A stretch of DNA of 64,000 nucleotides from Octopus bimaculoides (lineage: Eukaryota). The notes under the pieces were generated by a model, which was not told where the DNA came from, made no database searches, and saw nothing but the letters and a program-made list of their open reading frames with translations. The number at the start of each line of letters is the position of its first letter. The first letter of the stretch is position 1. The translations under genes and the position numbers were made by a program. Location: NCBI RefSeq assembly GCF_001194135.2, contig NC_068987.1:78218557-78282556 (forward strand), read 5' to 3'. Shown piece after piece: positions 39,461-52,626 of this stretch.

Positions 39461-40307
39461 ATGGCCACAACCTTAAACCTTTCCTATTTTATGGAAGAAG
39501 TGAGGACAATAGAAGATGCAGCATATTTCTTCCAAGAGAAAGGAATTATACCAGAAAAGAAGATTTGTAAGAAAGGACGTCCCATGGGAAAAACAATTCG
39601 TGGGAAATTTTATTGGTGCTGCTAACAGAGAGGCTGTAATATTTCTGTGTCTCTGAAAAGATACCTGGTTGGAAGGTGGCTCACTTTGAGAACAATACTT
39701 CTTGTTTTGTACGCCTGGTTCAAAGAAATGATCTCAATTTATTTTTGTACGGAAGAACTGGGTATGGATCCAAGCACAGCAGTTCATTACAGCACTTATA
39801 TTCGCGAGTTGTGTGTGGAGGACCTGCTCCTCAACGTAGTTAAGATAGGTGGTCACGGAAAGATCCTTGAGCTGGACGAAAGAGTGTACTCAAAGCGCAA
39901 GTACAACCGAGGGAGGATGGCACCTGAACAATGGGTCTTTGGAGGAGAATGTCGCGAGACGAGGGAAGTTTACCTTTATGCTGTACCAAGTCGTAACTGA
40001 AAAACACTAGAGGACTACATACGCCACTCAGTTCTTCCAGGAACCACTATCTTCAGTGACCTGTGGCCAGCTTATTTCAAACATAAACCTGTGAACTATA
40101 GCATTGAATTTATAAACTCAAAAGATGGGACTCACACTCAACAAATTGAGAGTGCCTGGGCATCTTTCAAGCGTAGAAACAAACGCCAATGTGGGACTCA
40201 CCTTTCAATGGTTGACTCGTATCTGCGAATTTATGTGGAGAAGGAGATATGAGAAAGATGGTCTATTTTATAAAATCCTAGAGTGTATGGCAAATTTTCC
40301 TTCTTGA
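39461..40307 (+). pseudogene. Merlin (IS1595/ISXO2-like DDE) transposase pseudogene
   Basis: KIGGHGKILELDE...SKRKYNRGR...QWVFGG.CRET...AVPSR*.TL...VLPGTTIFSDLWPAY...VN...GTHTQQIESAW...EFMWRRR; D-D-E triad present; two in-frame stops and one frameshift. Confidence 0.9.
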
Positions 40308-40338
40308 ATTTTTTAACTAATAAATATCTGTTTTAAAT

Positions 40339-40552
40339 AATGTTTTGACTGTTATTTCTAGCAACTCCAGTTGGTTTGCTCGTAGCTTTTAAATATTTAA
40401 TTTTCTCGTGTATGTTTTAATGTTTTTCACTGTTTACTTTGTTCGTGTATATTTTAATGTTTTGACTTTTATTTCTAGCAACTCCAGTTGGTTTGCTCGT
40501 AACTTTTAAATATATGATTTGCTCGCGTATGTTTTAATGCTTTTCACTGTTG
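40339..40552 (+). repeat. ~117-bp tandem duplication downstream of the Merlin ORF
   Basis: TATTTCTAGCAACTCCAGTTGGTTTGCTCGTA present twice, 117 bp apart. Confidence 0.85.
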
Positions 40553-41385
40553 TTTCTAATACTTTGATATGCCGGCGTCCCACCACTTTCTCGTGGCTGT
40601 AACAGATAATGGAAAAGGCAGCGAATGCGCTGCCGAAAACGCGCTGTTTTCGGCAGAAAATTCTAAAAATTATCAAATTTGAACGCTTGTAACATTTTCG
40701 CAAAATTTTTCTAGAACAAATGAATAACAAATTCGGGTTCAACGTTACAAATGACGTCTATTTGCTAGATTAAATTTTTTTTTTTTAAGGTTTCGACATG
40801 CAGTGATTCAAGCCAGAAGAACACCAGTTTCCGATATACAAAATGACGTGATGGCCATAGCTAAAACGCCTTTAGTTATATCTCTACTTTGTGTCCATGA
40901 GTCAAACACATCATCTCACGTTGCCTTGCGATCACTTCGACACCTGACGCGTGACACATCTTGCACCAGTTCAGACAACGTCGGTTTGATGGAGAGAGTG
41001 AGTTAGTGTGCGGCACGAACATTTGGTCATTATCAAACCATTTGTACAGGTCATTCAGCAAAAGCTGAACAATCATGCGACGAAGACACATCGTAGCAAT
41101 TCAGAAAACGCAGAAAAACTGTTTACTTCACTCAAAAATTAATTGCTGGTAATATGATGTCAACATTTTCGTCGTTCGAAACTGTGACCTGGTCAATTAC
41201 AGCCTTATATATATGATAAAATAAATCATCGTGTGTACGGTGTACAGCGAGAGGCAAAAAGATTACTCGTATATTTATCCTTAATACGTTCTGAAAGATT
41301 CGAACGTGAATATGCTAATCGCTGCTGTGTTTCGTTACAGAAGAACAACTTACCTTTACAACGATTGTCTTTTCATAATAAACAC

Positions 41386-41461
<76 letters not shown>

Positions 41462-43560
41462 AGTATACACATATATTTTTATATATTTATACATACACGT
41501 GACGTATCGAGCAGTTTCTTCTGCCAAGTTTCTCTCTTAAACCTTTGTAGACGCGAAAACATGGTAAAAGACACTTGCGCAGAATAAAACACAGAGGGAT
41601 TAAGCGCAGGATTACATAGCTATAATCCTCTTAATCTCACAACCATTGCATAACTATAAATAACATATCCTTTAAGAGCTACGCTGTATCGATATGCAGG
41701 TATAAGTATATTGAATACTAAATCTAATTAAAACATGTTTAGAAAACTCGTATTTATGCGAAAGGAGGGTTCTATACGTTTATTCGACCTGCAAGATTGA
41801 CAATCAAATCTCCATTAAATAGCACCTCAATCATTGATTTAATCGAGGTTTATAGAAAGTACATGTAGGAAACGGATCCCCAGGCTTACTCCGACAAAGG
41901 CAGCGTGATCACATTTGGAATGCCTTTTGTCTTCTTGATATGGTTAAAAAAACGTGCTTTGAATTTCGATTCCAGTTATTTCGCACGACATGGTTGACTA
42001 AACTGTATAATGACTACAGTTGGCTTAATCGTAGGCGCTGCAGAGTTAAATCCAATATACAAGTTTGAATTCTGGTTTAAATAATTTCATCCTGCATTTG
42101 AAGCAATCTGCATTAAACTGAATCCGACATTCTGTGTTATATTCCCAATGAAAATCGGTTCAACTAATCTATTTACTTATTCGTTTGGGTATAACATCAC
42201 TTTTCTCATTTCTCTAATAATATGAGTTTTATTGAAAATCAAATGTAAAGTATGCATTTGAAAATCAAGTGGCACACGACCTAGATCTACGACTGAGATC
42301 AACCGAGATCTTATCGTCGTTTCGATTGTTGGTTATTGCCCTTGAGAAAGTACGAACCTCCGACGAGCTTCTTTCCTCTTTCCTATAAGTATCGAGCCAT
42401 TGTGTCTTCATAAGAAATCAATATATACTTGAACGCCTAGACTAGTGAGCAATGGATTAGGTTATTGACATTTGTTCCCAAGTTTATCTTTGCCTTCAGT
42501 CAATTGAAAATTCGGCGCTCGCTTAATATACTAAGCTAAGAGCAAAACTTTTCAGGAGTTATAGTCGATTTTATATCCAAGGAACACTTGCAAGTGCCTT
42601 AAGCACCTGAATTCCTACAAGGAAACATTATAAATTCAATAAGTAAATATTCGGGCTATTTGCAAGTGTGTTTCTAACCTAAGTTACCTAAGTTAGGTGT
42701 TAGGTGATGAACTCATTTCATAATAAATCAACGAATAAAAATGAATTATCTACGCTATGTTACAAAGATAAATACTAAAGTCAGAAATATACGTTAAGAT
42801 ATGTTTTAATGAAAATGCTGCACTTTGAAAGAAAACTAATGGAAAAATCAGTGATTGTGAATAAAAATGTTACATTAAGAGAACTAGTTCAATTGGAGGG
42901 GTAATAAAGTTGACCTGTCTGCAGGGCAACAACAGAGTAAGTCTAAAAGTTTTGGTAGAATGAAAATACATTATTAAATAAATAAAACAAAATAACTATT
43001 TGATATTATTATATATCACATCAGTACTAGCATTTTCTGATTTTACGTTATACGTCTTTCAACAGTAATATTTAAATTTTCTACTGTAAAGACGGTGATG
43101 TTGGAGAGCTAAAAAAAAAACATTTTCTTGAATGCCTTACCACAAAAATATGCATATTCTCCCTCTTGGCTCTGAAGTTCAGAGTTTATCAAATATGTTT
43201 TATCTTTCCACACACCTAGAGTAGAAAAATGTAATTTCTTTTTGAATAGGTACAAATTCATTATATTTTAGGTAAAAAACTAAGATATTTTCAGATTCAC
43301 ACCTTTCCCAAAGGCATTCACAGTTAATAAAGGGAACCAGGCGATTTTATTCAGCCAGGAGCTTACCTCTTTCCCTGCAATTCTCACCATTATAAGTATG
43401 GTAAATATTAGCGGTTTTTGTTCAAAGTGAGTAAGGTTTCGAGTCATTTGAGTGCCGCACAGCAGGTCGATATTTTCACAATTTCCATTGCATTGTGCCT
43501 ATGGATAGCACGCTAATTTTGCAACAGTAGACTTCCTCTTTCAATATTACAAAATGGTAA

Positions 43561-43736
43561 GGTGGAGAGCTGGCGGAAACGTTAGCACGCCGGGCGAACT
43601 GCTTCGCGGTATTTCGTCTGTCTTTACGTTCTGAGTTCAAATTCCCCCAAGGTCGACTTTATCCTTTCAGTGTCGATCTAATCGACTGCCCCCCCCCCAA
43701 AAAAAAAATTCGGGCCTTGTGCCCAGAGTAGAAAAG
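43561..43736 (+). mobile_element. SINE family A with TSD
   Basis: 18-bp direct repeat AATATTACAAAATGGTAA at 43543-43560 and 43737-43754. Confidence 0.9.
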
Positions 43737-44302
43737 AATATTACAAAATGGTAAATGTATCATCACTGTAACATCGATGAGTATTTCCTTAGCTTGTAAA
43801 TCTGGAGAAATTTAGGCAGGATTTCTTTTACATTCTTCCACTGAATACCCAAATGCGAATTGGATTCGTAGTAATATTCAGTTAAATAACAGAGATGCAG
43901 GATTTACAAATTACCACCACATTTTTTTTCACTGAAATATACATACTCAAAATACTATTAATTTTACACTTAATAAAAATCGGTTTTCAATTTTCTTCAC
44001 ATAAACTGATAGCATTGAGAAAATATACTTAATTTCTGTATCGCTTTGTAACATGTTTTGGTGTAATTTATTTGCCTCGGGTTATGTCATGTTGACAATT
44101 TGAAATAAGGATGAAATGGCGTTATACATAGCTACGAATGACTAGAAAATTTTAAGATATTTATAATGAGTAGTGAAAACAATAGCAAATACGTATCTTT
44201 GTGTAGCTTCTTCAGTGTCCTTAGACTTAAAATTCAAATCCTAATTCCGTCATGAGTAATCTAGAAATGATTGTTTCCCTTGCAGTAACTAGTGTGGCTG
44301 GT

Positions 44303-44470
44303 GAGGCTAGCCTGGCGTGGCTGTGTGATAAGAAGCTTGCTCCCTAACCACATGGTTCCAGGTTCAGTCTCTCTACGTGGCACCTTGGGCAAGTGTCTTC
44401 TACTATAGCTAAGAGCTGACCAAAACCTTGTGGGTAGATTTGGTAGATGGAAATTGAAAGAAGATCGATG

Positions 44471-44508
<38 letters not shown>

Positions 44509-44728
44509 TATGTATGTATGTGTGCATCTTTGTATCCGTGTTCGTCCCCTATGAACATGTGTTGGTGTGCTTATGTCCTCGTTATCTAGCGGTTCGACAA
44601 AAGAAACTGATAAAATAATTACCAGGCCTAAAAATAAATACTGGAGTAGATTTATTCGACAAAAACTTCTTGAAGACGGTGCCCCAGCATGGCCATAGTC
44701 TAATGAATGAAACAACAAAAAGATAAGA
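44303..44728 (+). mobile_element. SINE family B, full length
   Basis: GGCGTGGCTGTGTG...GGTTCAGTC...GGCACCTTGGGCAAGTGTCTTCTACTATAG...GGTGCCCCAGCATGGCC. Confidence 0.9.
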
Positions 44729-45665
44729 ACATAACAGGTAGCCGTAAGGGTATTCTACTTGTCAGGGAACCATATTTTCTCGAAGTATTCTTTTCTATTT
44801 GGGATTGTTTCAGTTGGAACATCTTTGATCATGTGTCTTTATGAACGTGATTGACTTGTGGCTGAACAGCAACGTTGACAACAACAGCAACTAGTACTAT
44901 ATTTTATCAATGTAAAAAAAAAAAATTAAAAAAAAAAATTGTAATCTTTCTATTGAGCATTAAATTCATAAATTTATTATTTATTTTGCTTGCTCTTCAT
45001 TTTGCAACGGATTTTCATCGTATCAACGTAAGATTGATAAAATTAATAATTATATTAAAATATACTATTTCATATCTCGTATTATAATAATATATTATAA
45101 ATATATAACAATATTAATGATAACAATAGCAATAAAAGACATTTTTTTCTATCAGCTGAGTCAATTCAAAGACTATAAATACATATACGACTCCAAGGAT
45201 AATTAATAATGGTCTACGATGGCAAAAAAAATATTTAGTAAATTTTCCAAACTTCAATAAATTAACATGCATTAAAAATGATTAACATTTGGATAGTTTT
45301 TTATGACTGCACAGACAATGTAGGTGCTTGAAACCTATATCCTTATTGCCATCGTGATTTTTAAATGTTTGTCATACTACCAAGTATATAGGATTTTAAG
45401 ATATACCAAGTATATAGTTGTGTATAGAATCTTTTAAAATTGTGGTTGCACTAGGAACACTGTTATGTGAAAAGTCTACTGTCTTCCAAAGGATGCATAC
45501 AAAACAGCGAGAATCTAAAGAATAATCTATCTATTTATTCTGAATATTTTATGGCAGATTCCAACGTGAATATCTGATCACTGTGGTTTATCACCCTCGG
45601 AGCATGCCTCTTCCATTAGGCTTCGTGTTTTCACAACAGACAGGTTCAACAGTTCACCAGTGTAA

Positions 45666-45728
45666 GAGGACTTCCAGACACCTTGGTGTTTCGAGATTGT
45701 TTTGTGCCTCTTCAGTCGAAGCTACCCC
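45666..45728 (-). ncRNA. Complete type I hammerhead ribozyme candidate
   Basis: GGGGUAGCUUCGA-CUGAAGA-G...C-GAAA-CAC(CAAG)GUG-U-C-UGGAAGUCCUC: intact core, GUC triplet, closed 4-bp stem III, bulged stem I; stem II weak. Confidence 0.6.
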
Positions 45729-45862
45729 ACAGTCGGACCGATGGATCTGACAAGAGTTGCTCTGTGTGTACTTCAAGAATTATTATCTGTTCGGCAGACA
45801 TCTACAAACACGAGCACAGAATTTGCTTGTTGATTCCTATAAACAAGAGCTGGTGCACGCAC

Positions 45863-45865
<3 letters not shown>

Positions 45866-45948
<83 letters not shown>
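45866..45948 (+). repeat. (CA)n microsatellite
   Basis: Long perfect CA run. Confidence 0.95.
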
Positions 45949-45949
<1 letters not shown>

Positions 45950-47369
45950 AAGGTACATTTATCTACATGGTATTAACTATGCGAATATACTATTTTTACA
46001 GGTCAAAATTATTGACTCAATGACGGGCAGAATTCTTCGCCATATGATTTTGTTTACAGCAAAACAAAATTATACAATTATACACATTTGGAGAATTAGC
46101 GATTTTTTTTTTTTGAAATATCAATATTTGTTAGACTTTGTCGCCTTTCTAATATTGTTTACAGTTTAACTAATTTACAACACGTAGGAGTTGAGATTAA
46201 TCTTTAACTATTACAAATGAGCAATAAAAAAAAAGCATCCATTCTATTTTTCAGCTGAGATAACTTTGCACACATCTGTGTCGCGTGTGTCTTCTGTAGT
46301 AGAAAGTAAAGTACCTTGAAGTCAAGCTGTTCTTTCACTAACTCTTATCTTCAGTAGCTAATACATAGTTTGAATCCATTATGAGGTCACTTAGGGGTTA
46401 AGCACTTTTATCTGCTAACTCGGAGATGATATTCACAAAAATGTTTTCAAAGTACTACAGTTCGCTAGAATCGACTCCTTACAAGTATACAAGCTCTTCT
46501 TTTCGATATGGTAGTTCTGTAAGTATGCCATATGGTGTTGACCTAGTGATTACAAATGCCAATTAGGTCGAGAGGACCTAATTCTTCTTTGCTACTTTAT
46601 TGGCTTCGTGGAGCGTCAACCACATAAACACCAAATACTACACACATGCAATTGTTAAGAACGTCAGTCTTTGATCTTGCCGCATAAAAGATGACCAAAG
46701 AATAGGCCACCGAGTGGCTGTTGAACCACAACTAGACAAATTAGCGCTTTCATAAATAGAAAAGTGGTGAAATGGGGCGCGAACTTGAACGGTTATAGAA
46801 TTCCTATCTCTTCGATAGATTCCTCCTTAGTACAAATACAACAAACCTTCTGGACTGTTGAAAACAAGTAACTTAAACGGTCGAATTATACAAGGGAAAA
46901 GGAGTTAATATGAATATACCTAAAAGCATACCATTGTTGTACGGACAGAAATAATCAACACGTTAATATTATTCATTCATTCACTTATTTATTAATTTCA
47001 TCATCATCATCATTATTATAATTTAACTTAGTCAGTGTAGAAAGGGAAGTGCACATGGTCTTTTTAAGAATATTCAAGACGATTCAAGCATATGGAGGGA
47101 AAAAAAATCATGAAATTTTGACTCATAGGCTTGCTCCCAATTCTTTAAAAAAAATGAACTCCGCTGAAGGAATGAAGCAATGCTTGTAAAATTACACATT
47201 AAAATCTATGTTAATTGCGCTTTTCCCGAAACAAAGTAGTTCCAAATTGGATTTGAAATTCTTCGACAATCTCATTTTCTTATAAATTTACCTGCGAAAA
47301 ATTATAGCTTTACTATTTTTACCATCAGTATCCTTGTAGCGATGGCTGCGAAATTAAGAAAATTTTTTC

Positions 47370-47480
47370 TGGTTTTGTTTTCGAACCCACTGTGCAGCGT
47401 TTAGGATAAATGTGTTTTACAATACTCTCGGGATGACCAATACTTTGTAAGTGGAATTTTGCTGACGACGAATGTTCGGA
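47370..47480 (+). mobile_element. Degenerate SINE family B head
   Basis: TTCGAACCCACTGTGCAGCGTTTAGGATAAATGTGTTTTACAATA...GTAAGTGGAATTTTGCTGACG. Confidence 0.5.
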
Positions 47481-48378
47481 GACCCTTGTGTATAACGGCA
47501 AGAAAACCGAAACGAAACTCACAACCTGCAAAACCCAGTGAGTTTTCGTACGAAGCTTTCTGTTGCTATTGTTTGTACCTTGTTAACACACATTTCCTTG
47601 TCATTCTCACCAGCCCAAATGTAGTTAATCAGTAATCAGTTGGTTGCACACCTCTAGCTAAGGACGTTATTGTTCATGATTTGATAGAATTTATATTCAT
47701 AAACAAATGCTAAACTATTAATATTAGTATTTTCCAGAAAACTATCTAGTAACAGAAATTGTATTACATAAGAATGTATAATATAGGCTTTTGAATACAG
47801 TGATTGGCAGAATGTGTTAGAACGACGGACGAAAAAATTGACGATTTTATTCCAGATCTTTTCTTTCTGAGTTCAAATCTCATTTTCATCTTTCGGGGTC
47901 GATAAAGTGATCATCAATGACAGGATGAGGACGTCTTAACCGTATTATGAATTGAACATCCGCCACGGCTGATTCAATTGTGTAGCAGACCTTTACCTGA
48001 TACTTTGATGTCTTTTACGGAGTCCATTTAATCGCAAAAATTCGGGCCAAGTTTTCAACCAGAGAATATTTCATTTCCCCATTCCCATTGGTCCTTTTAA
48101 AAAGAACATAGTCCCTGTCCCTTCTACTGATTAAGCGATAAAAAAAAACATTTCGTATTTACCTGTAGCTCATAATAGACGCTAACATAACCAGAAAAAA
48201 CAAAATATTGAAATGATTATATACCCAAGTATATTACTAGAACCAAATGCAAGATTTGCTTGGAGGAAGGAAGAAAAGCCGAGTTCTTGTGGGATTTCAA
48301 AAGTTGGTAGTGTGAGTTTTAAAGGAATAATGAAATTATATACGCCCGTGTCTGATTAGTCATCTGTGCTAGCTAACT

Positions 48379-48421
<43 letters not shown>

Positions 48422-48431
48422 NNNNNNNNNN

Positions 48432-48462
<31 letters not shown>

Positions 48463-48856
48463 CTCTCTCTCTCCCTCACTCTCTCTCTCTTTCTCTATCT
48501 ATCTATCTATCTAGCTAGCTGGCTGGCTACTACAGTCAATAAACCCTTGATGTTAGGGTTTCGGATATGTAATAATAATAATAATAACAATAATCCTTTC
48601 TATTATCTCTGTTGTCAACGGAGCATTGGATTCAATACTATCCAATCTGAAAAAAACACTTCTGAAAACTTGAGAAATACCCTACAATCTAGGTGTATTG
48701 CAAAAGTCGGCTTTACTGCACGCATGTTGAGTAAAGTACTGTCTGTCTGAAGCCTTTGTTGTGATTTGATAAACAATATGTTCAATCAACAACCTAACGA
48801 AAATGTATTCTGTGCGACTATAATAATAATAATAATAATAATAATGATAATAATAA

Positions 48857-49064
48857 TCTTCCTTTCTGCAATAGTCTAAAAAATTTTGGAGTAGGGGATA
48901 AATCGATATCGGGCTAAGTGTTCAACTGGTACTTATTTTATCGACCCTGAAGGATGGAAGGCAAAGTCGACGTCGGTGGAATTTGAACTCAGAATGTGAA
49001 AGCGGACTAAATGCCACTGAGCATTTTGTCCACCATGCTAACAATTCTGCCTGCTCGACATCTT
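48857..49064 (-). mobile_element. SINE family A
   Basis: Antisense core GAAGGATGGAAGGCAAAGTCGACGTCGGTGGAATTTGAACTCAGAA. Confidence 0.85.
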
Positions 49065-49239
49065 CATAATAATAATAGTCTTTTCTAATAAGGGTAGAAC
49101 GCCTGAAATATATATATATATGTACTTGGGGTGGGGTAGCCGGTTACATCGACACCCAATGTTGATGATGATGTTGATAATGACTATGATTCTTCAAAGA
49201 TATTTGACAAAAGACTGCAATTTTAGTTGCGACGGGTTC

Positions 49240-49478
49240 CAATGGTTCTCAATGGACCTGGGGGTCCATATAATATTTTGTTGTTAAAATTTATGTGCAA
49301 CAAAGTGGTTTTGCTTCTACAGTACACAAAATGTCTTAACTTTTTATATATATTTCCTAATAGTATTGAATTATAAAAGTGCTAAGGACCTTTTGAAACA
49401 TGGAATAGCGATGGGGGTTCAGTAGAGTAAAATAAGGATCAAATGGTGCCATAGGCAAAAAATGTTTGAGAACCACCG
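49240..49478. mobile_element. hAT (Charlie-like) MITE
   Basis: Termini CAATGGTTCTCAA / TTGAGAACCACCG resemble CAGTGGTTCTCAA; TSD not clear. Confidence 0.7.
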
Positions 49479-51029
49479 GGTTAATCGATTACATCGATTC
49501 CAGTGCATAACTATTACACATGCTAACGACTCCGATGCCGCAAGGCATTTTAATCTCTGCTCTGTAAGTAACCATTTTATTGTCGATAAGTGAAAAAAAA
49601 AAAAAAAAGAAAAGAAAATCTACTTTAGTTAGGGAACACGCAATAGACATTTTAGAAAAGATTATTAAAAGATTTAAGATTTTGAGTTAAAAAAGTTCAA
49701 CAACACTGATCAAAGAACAACTAAATCATTTTGTTATAGTTTTCGAGGCAACAAGTGGACCTCGACTTAAACGATAATTAGCTCTTAATCTGTAGGTAAA
49801 ACTGTGTCTACATTCAGATTTGTAACTATGCACTGAAGAAGCCACTAAAACAAAAAGCCATATAACAAAAAAATGTTTAAGTCTTATAAGACCAAACCAG
49901 TACTTTCAGGAAAGTTACAAGCCTGTGAATTTGTAAAATTGATTTATAATTTTTCGCAACTCAAATTCACCCCCTATGGTACTAAAAAGATTTTCATTCT
50001 CATCCCAGATATAATTTTTTTAATTCCAGAAAGAGCGACCAAATCTCCTTCAGATTACGCCACACTTTCTAAAAAGAGGAGGAGAAAAGCCAAAGAAATT
50101 TTAGTTACTTAAAAATAAGGGATGGTCACAGCTGGAACGCCCTTAATTTATAGATATGCTAGACCAGAGATGACCCAGGGTTAAACAGTGACAATGACAT
50201 AAACCATCGTTTCTTTAGTTATTCATATCGTGCAATATGAAGTACCTGTGTTTTGTATTGCGTCACAATGACAAAGTAATTAAACAATAATCCACGAATA
50301 ATAACGTTAATAAGCAATAATTAATTTATAATTAACATCCTTGTGTAGAAAAATGTTAATGGGTTCCATTAATCTTGAAGAAAGATTTTCACGTTAACCA
50401 TTCCGGTTGACATGAAACGGTTAGTTAAAAAGAATGTTGGCGTTGGTTTGTTTTACGGCATGGAAGAAAGAAACTGTGACAAGCTGAAGGCAATATAATG
50501 CCAGTGGGAACGACAGACAAGCACTAGAGGGAGATTATGAAAACTGCTGTAAGGCCCGCCTATTCAATCGTGCCAGTGAGAGGTAAAAAAGACTGGTAAC
50601 TTGTCTAAAATAAACAGCCAATAAAAATTTGAGTCTCTGTCAGCCAGTGAAACCGTCAAATACGGAATAAAAGATTTGAATTCATTACATCCTTGTCATC
50701 CACTGGAGGAAAGCTGTTGTACGTTTTTTTTTATTATTTTCTCCTCTTTTAATGAGAGAACCACGCCTCCTCTATAAGCATTTTTGAATCCTCATTAATA
50801 TTGTTTGCTCTGTAATGACATCAAAAGCTTTCCTGTTTTGACTGGTGATGTAAGCTTTTTATATCCTTTACATCTGCTCAGGAAAGTGACGTGTGTATTC
50901 GTTAAGCAGACAAACTGCAAGACTAAGAAATTTATATTCAAGTTTTCTTTAGATGCATATCGTGAACATGGAGGCATTGATGTACGTGTGATGTGTAAGT
51001 GTGTGTGTGTTTGCGCGCACACACACACA

Positions 51030-51089
<60 letters not shown>

Positions 51090-51262
51090 CGTACATACAT
51101 ACAAACACACACAGACACAGATACACTGGTATAATATATATATTATATATACATATATATATATAAAACTAATATACATATACATACATGTATGTATGTA
51201 TGTATGTATGTATGTATGTATGTATGCATGTATGTGTGTATGTATGCATGTATGTATTTATA

Positions 51263-51298
<36 letters not shown>

Positions 51299-52086
51299 TA
51301 TGTATATATATGTATGTATGTATGAAAATATATATGTATATGTATACACATATACACGTGTACACAAATATAAATATATACATACATTTATGTGTGTATG
51401 TTTGCGTGTGTTTGTGTGTGTGTGCGTGTGTGTGCGTATGTGTGTATGTGTGTGTTTATGTGTGTGCAAGTAATGTACACAGAAGGCAAATTTTGTCAAA
51501 TCAGAAAATCTGTGTTTAGAGAAGGTGATGATATCGAATACTTTGTCTTCGAACCAACGGGGGATCCTATACATTATAACTCTGCCTCCTAGATATCTAA
51601 GCCAAACGTCCCTCACATAATACCCTACCATCTTAAAATATACAATCATTCGATAATATACACACCGTATATACTACATGGAAGGAGAGACGTTCATGGT
51701 TTGTCTTTGTGTAGAGAGACCTGTCAGAGGGATAAACGCTAGTGATATAGGGAAAACCTAAAAAATAAAAAAATAAAAAAATAAAAAAAGAATACAGCAC
51801 CAACAACTTTTACTAAAGTCAAAGTGTTGTTTTTTGTTGTTGTTATTGACCAAAATAATTATTAGGGATTATGTTTTGGCAACAGTCTTTAATTTAGATA
51901 ACGTGTAAATGTTCTTTACATTAACAAACGTGGAATCTTTTTCCAGGCGATAGCTTGTAATTTATGTGTGTGTGTATGTATGTATGTGTGTGTGTGTGTG
52001 AGTGATTTTCGTGCTATTTATTGCAGGTTGGGTGTCTTAAGATCGCTTGTTATCCACCTGACGAACTCTATGAAAATGTGATACTA

Positions 52087-52121
<35 letters not shown>

Positions 52122-52124
<3 letters not shown>

Positions 52125-52330
52125 TTTATTTTATTGCTTGTTTCAGTCATTTGACCGCGGCCATACTGGAGCACTCCCTTAAAGTATCTTTCTTTTTTAG
52201 TCGAGGGAATCGGTGTCAGGACTTATTCTTTGTAAGCCTAGTACTCATTCTATCGGGCTCCATTGTCGAACCGCTAGTTTACTGGGATGTAAAGACACTA
52301 ACATCGTTTGTCAAGCAAAGATACACATCC
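52122..52330 (-). mobile_element. SINE family B, 3' half
   Basis: GTTTCAGTCATTTGACCGCGGCCATACTGGAGCAC...CCGCTAGTTTACTGGGATGTAAAGACAC. Confidence 0.85.
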
Positions 52331-52484
52331 ATCTATACATACATACACACGCACACACACACACATACGTTTATGATCTTGTGCTACAAGTGTCCTGATG
52401 TGAAATCGTGTGTTGAAGCAGATATTGTTGTATTTCGGGATGGTCATTTTTTTTTTTTTGCCAAATAAACACACGCACTATACA

Positions 52485-52626
52485 TTTGTTCTTCACTCGT
52501 TTATCACTGTTCTTATTCTAACCCACGTGTCCATTGTCAGCAAACCTTTCGTCACACATCTGTGACCTCTTCCGGACAATGGATATGAGTTAGAATAAGA
52601 ACAGTAATAAACGAGTGAAGAACAAA
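52485..52626. repeat. ~53-bp-arm inverted repeat enclosing a hammerhead-like core
   Basis: Arms 52485-52538 and 52575-52626 with few mismatches; loop contains GTCACA-CATC-TGTGAC. Confidence 0.85.

Noticed and set aside
38985-40860. Candidate Merlin TIRs (GGGGCTTCGTTTTATATC versus GATATACAAAATGACG)
   Set aside because: The match is too poor and no 8-9-bp TSD was found.
41050-41148. AG...GT-bounded segment as a coding exon
   Set aside because: Stops in all three frames; only a short unrecognised Met-initiated peptide is possible.
45683-45976. 97-aa plus-strand ORF (VFRDCFVPLQSKLP...)
   Set aside because: No recognisable domain; it runs into a (CA)n tract and overlaps the minus-strand hammerhead candidate, which explains the sequence better.
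46255-46305. 51-nt candidate exon (EITLHTSVSRVSSVVE)
   Set aside because: Splice signals are no better than expected by chance in AT-rich DNA, and there is no homology.
46561-46583. Perfect 9-bp hairpin AATTAGGTC-GAGAG-GACCTAATT
   Set aside because: Isolated with no context; one such hairpin is plausible by chance in 64 kb.
47460-47490. CTGACGA-CGAATGTTCG-GAGAC hammerhead-like string
   Set aside because: It lies in a degenerate SINE B and has GAGA instead of GAAA and no stem I.
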